Source: Phoronis australis | Lineage: Eukaryota; Animalia; Phoronida | Direction of reading: 5' to 3' | Assembly (NCBI GenBank): GCA_002633005.1 | Contig: NMRA01000009.1 | Location: 1,867,366-1,931,365, forward strand | Length of the DNA stretch: 64,000 nt | Shown here: one piece after another, positions 25,001 to 37,000 of the stretch | Layout of the letters: every line of letters starts with the position of its first letter | Numbering within the stretch: position 1 is the first letter of the stretch | Notes under the pieces: model-generated | Database searches by the model: none | What the model was told of the DNA's origin: nothing | What the model saw: only the letters and a program-made list of their open reading frames with translations | Program-made: the position numbers and the translations under genes

Positions 25001-28000
25001 GTCAACCCCTGGGTAACACGCTCATCTTGTGCCACCTGCCTCATAAAGTCAATGTTTTGGGGGTGAATTTACATCTATTCTCAGGTTCATGCCTCCCTAT
25101 AGCAAGGAAATATGCAAACATCTGGATGCGGTACTTGTAGAGTTACTAATACTACAAGCCTTACTCATGGTTAGAGATAGTAAGTGGGTTCTGGGTGCGA
25201 TCGTTTCTGTTGAACTGCATACGATTGTTGATCTCACGAAAATCTTGGTTCCGTCTCTCGTACTCATCCATGTGTGCCGCCAAGTGAGAATTGACGAAAC
25301 AAATCGTAGTCTCGTGTATACGCAGCCGCACAGCTACACCACCCTTATTGCCCTGAAAATGAGAAAAGCAAGAAGTAGTAAAAGCGACAGAGTGCAGCAC
25401 TGATGCGGAATGGTAACTTTGTGATTCCTTTAGTTGTCATTATGCCAAACTAAGGTGAAACTTGCCTGCCCCGCTGTGACCTTAAAAAGAAGGTCAAGGT
25501 CACAAAACTCGACAAGTTGCCCCACCTACATCTTGGTATCAAATACGAACAAAATCTAAACCTTGTTTTTTGAGATGTCGCGTCAGTAACATTATGTGCT
25601 AAGTGGAAACTTGATTTTCTCGCTGTAACCTTGATAATTAAGCAAAAGCCGCTAAAATCGAACTGATCCCTAGAGTGGTTTGGCTGATAGAGAGGTGCAC
25701 TGAAATAAGAAAGAATATAATTGCCATTAGGAGGCAAAGCAATAGTCGGATCTGTCCAAAAGTCACCATCGTCCATGGCTACGTTCAAACAAACACACTT
25801 GCTAAATTTAAGAAAGATCCAGCAAGGGATTTAGGAGAAATCACGGATGCGAAAAATACCACTTAGGGGCACCACAGTGGTGGAAGCAATCTGGAAATTA
25901 ATATCAAATTTGTTCTTTTCAGTGGAAGACAACACAATTTTTACAAATATTCTTCGGGCAATGTGGTAGATAGAGGCATGCCAAGACACAGATGAGAAAT
26001 GAGGAAAATTGGCGACTAGGTGGCACAGAATACAATGAATCCACTCAAAAATGAGAAACCTTCGTCTCCTCAATAAATGCCAACTTGCCAAAGCTCATGA
26101 TTAACAGACAAGGATACAGGGGGAAACATAAAAAGTAAAACTGCCACTAAGGGGCATAATGATAGTCGAATGCAACCGAAAATTTACTCATGTCATCCCA
26201 ACCATGATAGCAACATGTCCGTAAAATTTTATCAATATCTAAATAAACGACCGTCATGATGGCACAATGCGCTCACACAAACACACACACATGCACACAC
26301 AAACATGTTTGTGGGCACACAAAAATGAAAATTAATGGAGCCTCAAATGATACCATAAACACTACACACTTGCCAAAAGAGAGGACATGAAACGGACCAT
26401 GTAAAATAATCAAATTAACAATATTGTACAGAAGCATACAGAAGCATTATGTAACAATCTAACAACAGCAATGAAAGACATTCTAATGCATTCTAGATTT
26501 GCCATCATACAAGTAGGGGAAAGATACTTGTCTACACTGATTACCCATCATACCAAACGATTCCATAGCAACAATTATTTTACTTGAAGATGTAACTAAG
26601 GTACAAGTGAAGCAATTTACCATAAGTAATGGCAGCAGGCGTGCTGTCTAGGAACTTGTCAAAAAAGTGGCGATCTAGTAAAGTTCACTGTTATCAAAAG
26701 CACAATATTTGCAATTTATCTTTGTAAATGTTTATTAAGAAAGAAAAAACGTGTAGAGCATTTAGAGCATAAATTAAACAAACAAATACTAGAAGTTCAA
26801 TGGCACTATTTACCTATGGTACAAATCCAATGACCTACAGGTATGAATCACGTTACTGACTTTGTGGTTATGAGATTCAAACCCAAAAATAAATTTATTG
26901 TCACTAACACAATATTGCAAAGAATGACCAAACTGAGCTGTACCAGCAGTCTACAAGTACTACAGGGAGATAAATTATCAATGTTCTGATCATGACATAC
27001 AGGTAGTCATGCAGTGACAGTAACTCTTCCCCACTTATGTCAAATGAGCGTTATTGTTATCGGTACTAATATTTATACTATATTAGACTGTATGTATAAG
27101 TACCTCTCAGTAGGTCTCGACTAATAGACTCTAGACAAGACATGTGTTGACTTTCAACTTGTGCCTTGGTAGAAACTTGTTTGAAATCAGAGATACTGAC
27201 TGTTCAAGAAAATTAGCCACTAGACAAAATTAATCCCCATTTAAAACACGTACCATAGTTCCCAAAAGTCCTGTGCCGACGGTTTCTGCTGATACCTCCC
27301 TGATATGTTTGAGATGTTCTTCCTTTGCAAACACAATTAGCATCATGCCAACCAGTCGAATAAGACGAAGCTAAAAGTAAGAAAAATGCATTGCAAATTA
27401 AAATAATTTCATGGTCCAAACATATGGCAAGAAACTGCAATTACAAACAATCATGAAACACCAGAAAATTCTAAATGAGGTCACCATTCCTTGCAGTGCT
27501 GGATTAACAGGAGGTAAAGGTGCAATTGCTTAGGGTGCCCTCTAAGGTCAACATCTTCATAAACAATAAGTGTGACAGTTGATGTCTGACAGGACATACT
27601 ACAATTACAAAAACAACAGAAAGAGTAACAATTGGTTCCGTCATCAGGCCCCCCTTTAACATGACAAGATGTTGATTTGCAAACACAGGAAAAGAGCACC
27701 AGTTGATTCCATCAGTAGAGGCACCCTTGAACAGCAGGCCCCCTTGAGGAGCATGCCCTGTTGAGGAACAGGCACCCGAGGAGCAGGCCCAATTGAAGAG
27801 CAGGCCCTCCCGAGGAGCAGGCCCCCTTGAGGAGCAGGCCCCCATAGAATGATACAGAAAAGTTCTTACAGTCAGACATGCCCACTAGGTGGTATTTTCA
27901 CTTAACTAACACAAAGTTCTGCACTACAGTAGCTCTAGTTTGTACACATAGCCCTTCAGATAAGTTACAGTTCGCACCATCTTATAAATTTATGAATGCC

Positions 28001-31000
28001 AAAAACAAAAAATTGACAGAAATGAGACATTCTCGTAAATTCTTGGAATAAATTTGCACTGCAAATCTGGGCGTACACCCACTTCAAGTGCAAGACGACA
28101 GTATATGCTTGAAAAAAACATTTAGAACAGCAGGTCCTCCTGACAAGTGTACCACGTTTCCAAGTACTACACTGACTTTCAACAGGGGAGAACACATGCC
28201 AAATGGAGAGCGCATAAAACTTTGAAATGACATGAAACTGTATGACTCATAATGTTTCTCTAAGTTTGGCCAATGTGACCTTGACCTTAGACTGCCAAAT
28301 GCAAATTAATAGGTCGTGCCTACAGATCAAGTGTCCATTCTGTAGATGCAATACACTTGCGGAAAAGCAAAATCATGCGAGTCTTCACGAGATATCGCCA
28401 TGCATCACAAAAAAGCACCTGCTCACACTAGATATAAAAATGAGATTCTTTTGACAACAGAAACCAGACCAGGACCAACCCCCATACCACCGCACATTCT
28501 ATACTGTATTGAACCGGATTCACAACAGTCCAGACAATGTGCAAACTGCACCAGCCCAACATAAGGTCATGCAGCCGGGGCGAGATGGTTTCAACCATCA
28601 GAAAGGCAGGAAAATTGGTGAATAACTTTTGTCTGAGCTACAGGGTGCTTTCCTATGCACGTTTTTCATCACAAACTGCTTGATTTTCTATATTTATAAC
28701 TTACAATCAATTTAACCTTAAAACCATATGGCATCAAAATTGTACGCACAACACATCAGTTCTGATGGAAGATCTAGCTGCAGTGAATAAAATAGTTTTT
28801 TCTCTTTGTTTTTGCAATGAACATCATTCAGATGTTGCATCGCGTGCCTTACAAGAGTGTATGAGAGAACTCTGAGAAAGCTCCAAACCGGACAAGCCAG
28901 TGTAGTGATTAATAGGTTGACATATCTGAATTTTAAATGACATTCATTAACATATATTATGCAATCCAATGAAAACAAAATATCAAATTTTCTACACATA
29001 ATAGATAAAGTGTCGTGGCATGCAGGTTTGAAAATGACCTTCTTTAAACAAAAGTGAATCTTTTGCTTAGACAAACAATGACCTTTTTATAAGAACAGTT
29101 GGACGGCAATCCTCGCTTGACGGCCTTATACCACTCTTCCTCTCTAGGTGAATCGCTGAATATGAACGCCTGGTTACTTAAGTCCAGTTCTTGAAACCTG
29201 AAATAGTGCAATGATCAGATAAGGCAAGCAACCGAACCATTTCAATAAAACCAGTCACTGTCTCTAAGTCTGATTTTGAGAAACAGAGTTTGTCTTTCTC
29301 ATGTATATACAGGGAAGGTAAAGAAATACAAGCATATGCCATAGGGTGACAAAATTGAACCTGCGCTCTGCTTCTGGATGCACATTTCATGGATATAATT
29401 CTATGTTACAGAAATGCCAGAGGAGATACATCCAAGAATGCCAGACAGAGACGACTGCAGTATGCGACTGCAGTATGCGACTGCAGTATGCGACTGCAGT
29501 ATGCGACAGCAGTATGCGACTGCAGTATGCGACTGCAGTATGCGACTGCAGTATGCGACAACATAAACATGTGTGGGCACATAAAAATGTTGAGAATGAA
29601 TAAAAAACACCCAAATCCATTCACTTCAACACATCTTCATACACAAGGTACACTTGCCTGCAGATAAAAGTGATATTCTTAGCCAAATGCTCCTACAAAT
29701 GATTTTCGGAACAGTGTGTTATTTGAACTTTAGATGCATAGGCCCAAAATGCACACATATAGGACAATGAAAAACAAGTTATATGACAATAAAAAAGCAC
29801 CACCTTGACAAAAGTGTAAGAAAGCATGCTACAATAAAAGTATCCTCGACAGAGTCACCAGATTACATTTTCGCACTATTTTCTTATACCATGGTCTCAT
29901 ATAAGGTGACGCTCAACTAATCTTGCCCACTGAGTTCCACCTTGATGCCTAGCATAATTCTTTTTTTATTATTGAATCAATAGCACCGACTGGTGATTTT
30001 TGACGGCAACACACAGTCGGTGATCAGATAATGTCCCAACCATCGCCCCATTCTTCGCACATATGACCATTTTTATGCCGCAAACTCATGCGATCAGGGT
30101 GGGAAGCTTTATATGACCAAAACATTATTCCTGTCTGCTGAGATATAAAATTAAGACTTACCCGAGAGCAAAAATGTCCGGAGCATTATTTTCAACAAAG
30201 CTCCTCAGCCATGGGTTCAATGATTCCGTGGGAGGCTTACCATTAACATTCCAAGTACCACAGAACACCCTGGGATTAATAAACAAGTACAATACAGACC
30301 ATACAAGAGTAACACAGAGCATTAATATGCGCATCACAAACAGGAAACATTTCTGACATGCAGGTGACCACAAGGATAAGGGTCCTTATTCATGAAACCC
30401 TTCTAACTTAGTTGCCTACTAGATATTCGGCGCATACTAAAGTTATGTTATTAATATTAGGTTTATTTTAGTTGACACTTGCAGCACCTCGTTGTCATGG
30501 ACAGTCTTGCCTCTTAGTATGTTGTCTCATTGAAGTCTGCGTCATGGAGTTGCTGACAGCATGGTCACTGCTGTTATCAAGACAATGCCATAATGAAAAC
30601 TACACTTTCTCTAAAAAGCCAACATTAAGCGAATCATGGTCTAAAGACTTCTGAGTTTTCTGATAATGTTGTAAAACAATGACTAGTTTGTTGCACCTAA
30701 GCAAATTGTGCTGAACCCCTGTTATTTAATCATTGTTTCTCATGGTGTCTCATGTGCGAATTTTGGAAGATATTTACAGCATTTTGAAGCTTTGTGGAGA
30801 CAAATTACTGTAATGATAATTTATTCAACAATACAAAAACTAAAGATTTCCGCTCATTACAGCAAGGAACTCTATCAAATTCACAACAAATTCAGAAGAC
30901 TATAAGACAGAGTGTGTTGAACTTTACTTGAAGGGTCGGCTATCTGTATATTCTGCTTCCTTAGTCTTCATTACTAGTCGCACATGTAAGTCACGATTGC

Positions 31001-34000
31001 CCACTGCCGTCTTGCCACCCACACCAAAATGACTGACACTCAAGCCTGGCAATGATTCGGATATCTCCTTCTCTAAAGAACTGAAAAATAATAAACAGGC
31101 ATGATAAGCAACACGTGTCAAAGCAAATTTCTTATTAAAGTGAGCTTGCAATCAAAGATGGTGTGAAACATCTTAACCACAATTAGCCCACAAGAGTGCG
31201 CTTGTTATTTTAAACTGATTCCTTAAGGGACAATACACTAACTGTCAAATAAGTTTCAGGTCATGGCGTGAATGTTTCAGGTCATGGCGTGAATGTTTCA
31301 ACCCAGAACCAACACGGCTACCAGGAGAATTCCTACTGACAGAATGTCACATGATTCTCATTGTTTGTGTCAGAATCAAGTTCAAAACTTGAATCATCTG
31401 TTTCTGGATTTATTGGTGACACTCTGGAAATTTATGTTTTCCAGAACAATCATTTGTTGTTTCAAAGATTTACTAAAACCTAGATCCATCACAAAGAATA
31501 TTATTATTGACTTCAAAAATTTAGAAGTTCTGATGCCATGCAAAGCGTCATTTTTCTTCGTTGGTAACAGTTTCTTTTGCCCGATTGCAGGGCCAACAGC
31601 CCCCCCCATTGAAATGTCAACACCTTGTACACAAAAAAGACTCAAGAAAAAAAGTCTGACAAGTGACGGAAAACTATAAATTTCTAAGTTGTGAACACGT
31701 TTTTGTGTGTTTTGTGAAGAGCAAAATTTTTCTTAACATGCATGAAACCCTGGGACCTACTTGACAAGATTTTAATTGGTTTGAAATGGTCAAGTATTAA
31801 CAGCATATAACAAAATCATTCGAAATTTGTTTGCTCTGTATAAGATATCGGTATTTGGGGAAGGACTTTGGGAGAAAATGTAAGGCTGATTACATAAATT
31901 AAGTCAAACTAGGCACCTCCCCCGGCCCAGCTCCCAAATAACTAAAGACCCATAAGAAGGAGCCAGAGAATTTCTGTTAAATTTTTGTAGCACCAGGTGA
32001 GATCAAGTCACATAACAAATTTCAGACAAATTAGTCAAGACACCTAAGCTACGGCACCAGAAGGTACAAAATAAAAGTGAACAGTCGCTGAAACGGTTGC
32101 CACATTTTCCATAGCCCTTGACGAGATTGATGACAAACCAAAGTTCAGAAGAATTCATCAAAGGACCGCAGAGCCAAAGCACAAGAAAATTTGAAATATG
32201 GCTACGACAATTATGCTTGACATTAATGAAACCAGCCATCATAGCAAAGTTATCGACATACACATCTACAAGGTGCTGACTGGTATTGGAGTCAGTCACA
32301 TTTCTAGCATTATTACACGTCAAAAATTGCCATTTCATACAATAAATCCTGAAGATGAGAGAATCAAGACTTCCAAGTAGCTTTATATGAGTAATTTCTC
32401 CTTATTGTATTTCGTGTGCAAAAATGTTTTGGTAATGGAGACTTTTCGAAATAATACTGCTTTGGTGTTATTTTCACAACAAGCAAACATTTCTGTAATA
32501 TTCATGGGTTGGAAAATAGCATTTCAAAAGAAAATGCAATACGAAATAAATGACTCGACATTTACCTTGTGATAAAGTCTTCTGGTGCACTCGAGGAGTT
32601 GCTGTCATGTGAGAAGAAGAAGCTACCACCTCGTGGTTTCTCCCCATTATCTAAATCATCAGGGAACCCTCCAAGTAAATCACTCGCAACTGGTACATCA
32701 TTGTCTGCAAAAAATTTCAGCAATGAGTGTGACAACAACAGCAAAACAGAACCTAATTTACCAAATGCATAACGTGGCCAACAGGTGGCGTGCAGACAAG
32801 GCTTAAAATGCTTGCGATAATCTGATTAATAATTAATAGCATTGTAGATAAGAACTTGCACAATACATATTAATTAGTTGGCAACAATATTTCAGAGCAG
32901 CAGACGGATGTTCATATTCATAGTATGTTTCTACATTTTGTAGAAAATATGGAGTAAAAAGACACAAGCATAACACTCTATCCTAATTGTAGCAACTGAT
33001 AGCCATTTCAATGAGAAAAGATTAATGAATCTTAAGAACAAGTGACTGAGACACACTTAATCAGAGTGTAAAAAATGGCCATTGGAAAGCGCCAAGTTTT
33101 TGAATCAACTCACACACAGTAAGGTTACAGCTTGCTTTCTCTTGACTGGCAGGAGGCTCGATGGAATGGTTTTTACTTTTTTGTTCCATGTGCTTAAAAG
33201 GGTCAAACTGGTCATCGGCAAATGGATTTGAATCACAAGATTCCTGTCTCTTGTACACCTTGAGCCATGCAAATGACGATGGCAGACCAGACTGGGGAAT
33301 TACTGAAATGAGAAGACACCATATTCTTGTTTGATCCTACTGGGGAATTACTGAAATGAGAAGACAACATATTTTTGTGTGATCCTGCAGGTTACTGATT
33401 ACAACCTCTCAATTAAAAATTTCTAAGTGAAGGACTACAGGTGGCCTTAGAACTAGAAAAACTAAGTACTGTGGTATGAGTAAGATGTGATGAATCTCGT
33501 ATAAACAATCTCCAAAGAATGCAAATGACAATACATTTTCTCAACTACTAAAGGTCAACCACATTTGAAAGCCCTTTTCATTGTATTTCCTTCTAAAGTA
33601 GAACTACATAACTCCCATTCCAGAAACATGTGACTAAGACCTTCAAAGTCCACAAAGTCATTTTGCACTATCCTCACTTTTAAAACATATAAATGTTTCT
33701 GCAATGTGATAATACTTAAAGGATTTTATCTGAGGTTGGAACAAAAGTTTTAAAAGCATAACATAAATGTGTTTGACTTGCTGTTCAGTATAGTATTCCA
33801 GCAAAATGTGTTCTACATCCAGAATTGATATCACTCCAGAAAGTGATATCTCTTTTGTACACCACGTTTTAATCTGATCAGGTCCAAAGTCCTTCACGCT
33901 ACTACCTCCATCAACAATTATGATATCAGAAAGTTTGACAGGCTTAGCAAGAGCATTGTCATAATCCAATTACTCAGTTTGTTCTTTTTCTTCAATCATT

Positions 34001-37000
34001 TTTCATAATTCCAGATTATGGACAAAAATTACTCCGGTGGTATAATTGTAGTGGAACACAGATCTTCCATTTATCAATACTTTTGTTATTCTATACATAT
34101 CGATTCTTCAAAGTGCTAACACTGGTACGTAAATATCCCCATAGTTCTTCCCAACACCATAACATAATGTAAGGAACTGAAGTTTGCTAATAGTAATTTC
34201 TTTCATTTTATATTTTATTTTTTCATCACAAACACAAGGAGATTGGAGACAGTCCAGAAGAGAAGCTTCGGAAAATGTCTAATTCCAGTTTTAATGTTCG
34301 CACTCTACCCAGGCGTATGTAAGGAACTCCACCCCCCTCTACTTCTTTAAAATCTCAACCACAAAATAGTACTACAAATTCCTCAATAATCACTGACCTT
34401 AAATAATTTTACTCTAACAATTTTATTCATTTGACCAATTCAATATATACCAACCAAACGCATCAGTACGTACGTACTTGAAAAACTATTCAGCCCCTAT
34501 TGTAACAATACAACCCAAAATTTGAATTCTCTTGGCCTTCCAACAAATTGCTATCAAGAACGAGTATCAGATTTGAAATTCCCTGTCTTATTAACTACAA
34601 GGAAACACCAATATCTGCTCTAAATATAATAAAAACTCAACTCTCCACAAGGTTTCTCTACATTTTTAACCAATTTCATAATTACCCAACTTCAATTGTA
34701 TTTCCATCTGTTTCATACCTAAAGTATCTAGAAACTTATCTTTCCACAACCCTAGAGCTGTGCCAGTCCACTTCCTGGTTCCTCGCGTGTCGGCCAATTC
34801 ATGCTACTTCACATTGTTTTCTTAATTATACCTTAGTTTTTGGTTTTCTTATTTTTTTGTATATAATTTTACTTATTATTACTGATTTTTCTTTTTTTCA
34901 TTTCTTTATTTATGTAAACGGAATCATCTTTACAGTAGTTGAAAAGCTCCAGAAAGTTCCACAACTAAATTGGCAATTAACAATAAGAGTGTATTTCTCT
35001 CTCTCATCAGACTAAGTATACCAGTGCCCGGTTGCATGAAACAGCCCCAAATAGGGACTCAACTAAGTTCCCTAAATATTTTTGTATTTGTTTCGTTCTT
35101 TAGGCACAGATGTGATATTTTTTCTATAATTTTATCTTTATTGTGAGCTCTTCTTTGACTAATGACATTTTCTAATAATATAACTAAAAACTGAGCCCTA
35201 AATTCAATCAAAACAGTTAGGGACTCAGTCCTTAAATTGGGGGCGTTGCATGAAAAGATCCCTACTTATTTTCAATAATATTTAGAATTCAATCTAGATT
35301 TCTCTCTTGATTTGTATCAAAGCCAAAAACTGACATAGCGATGATACTCAAACAGCATAAGATAGGACAATCAGTGTTTTCACAAGCCAGCAAATAAGCA
35401 GTAGATTTAGAGACCTTAATTCATGCAACCGGGCACTGAAGTCAAAGTTACTGGATCTGTGCATGGCCAGCGTAGTCAGAGTGTACAACATATCAAGTGT
35501 ACAACATATCAAGTGTACAACATATCAAGTGTACGACATATCAAGTGTACGACATATCAAGTGTTCGACATATCAAGTGTACAACATATCAAGTGTACAA
35601 CATATCAAGTACAAACAGCCAAGTTCCATACTTACAGGACTGTGCAGTTTGAACACGGATTATGAACCTGTCGGTATTCTCATCACACTTCACCTCAAGC
35701 ACTGCACTGTCATCTGGTGTTCGAAAGTGCAAAATGGCGGTACCAGCTAAAAGGCACAATAAAGTCTTGTCAGTAAGCACACAATTACACCAACAGGAGC
35801 AAGACAAGGTGCAGCCACTTATCAGACCATATCATCCATTATAAAGCTTGGGTCATCCTTTCCATTTGTAGTCAGAGCTTCTGTCAGTTAAGACAGCTAT
35901 GCTGGAGGCCATTACTTGGAAGTGTAAAACTGAGCAGCCCCAAGTATTTGGGTGCATCGGTTGACCTCACAAGGTTAAAAAGCAAATTAATGTCCACGAC
36001 CTCCAACAATATGACATCGCAACTGTTTTCAAAATGCACCGAGCATCCACACATGAGGTGTAGCGCGATAAAGTCCAAATGGCAAGACAGCCAGGCAGGC
36101 TGTTCTGTAGTTTAGAGGTATGAAGCTCTACGATTGTCATGCTTATGTGATAACACATCACAATCACACTTTGAATACAGTGAGAACATGGTAGGAAATA
36201 TTACTTACTATATCCTGTCTTCTTATAGTATAATCATATGTAACATTTTTGAGAGTGAACACAGAGCCTGGAGGCTACTCTTGACTCTGGTGAGGATATT
36301 TCACAACTCCCTTTATGCCTTGCTGTGCTGCAAGGTTCATGCAATACTTACCAGTATTGTTTTGGGTGAGATCTGAAAATAGAGAAACGCATTTTAATCA
36401 TTGTATTATACCCAATAATCAGAAATGACAGTTGATCAATGTTCAAGATAAACTACTGATTAAGTGTTAGTTGTGGTAATTATAATACCAAACAAGAGCA
36501 ACATGGAGCGTTGAAATGTGCCCACGAATGCACCGCAAACAATGCGCTTTTAGGGGTGTTTTTAGTATCATTTTAAATAGCCATCAGATGGAACATCAAA
36601 ACCTGTCCGAAATTGGGAAGGTGTCATTGTCTCTCTAATGCAACACAACAGGGATATACCCAGGTTTCAAAACCCTGTTCGCCAGCTGGGCGAGTGAGCC
36701 AGAAAATCTACTCGTCTAGCCCGAAATTCAGTTGCCCGGCCGTTTGCGTCCGTCATCACTTGCTGCCAGGGTCAATAAAAATCATTGTTTTGTGCATCGA
36801 TGTCACTATCTATTAGGGGTACCTTATTCTCTCAGGGTGCTTAAAAAAATTCATTTCGGAAGGGGGCGCTTGTAGTAGCCCAAGGCGGTTGAAACCCAGT
36901 CTCCGACAACGGGTGAAATTAAATTTACGAGTTGTGACGTATCTGTAACCTATGACAGACTTTCTATAAAACTGTTATTGTTATCTTTTTTTAAAATGTG

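Noticed and set aside
29346-29667. Several overlapping repetitive ORFs (likewise at 17748-18042, 20291-20556 and 35423-35750)
   Set aside because: By-products of stop-free minisatellites.
31394-31645. ORF ([17 protein letters not shown]) as an extra OCRL exon
   Set aside because: No good donor and wrong acceptor phase; exons 7 and 8 already join in frame; it overlaps a CAGGG...CCCTG repeat.
35884-36078. Possible exon with a weak branch-like TTTTTAAC
   Set aside because: No matching U12 donor, no PH-domain similarity, and not needed for the frame.
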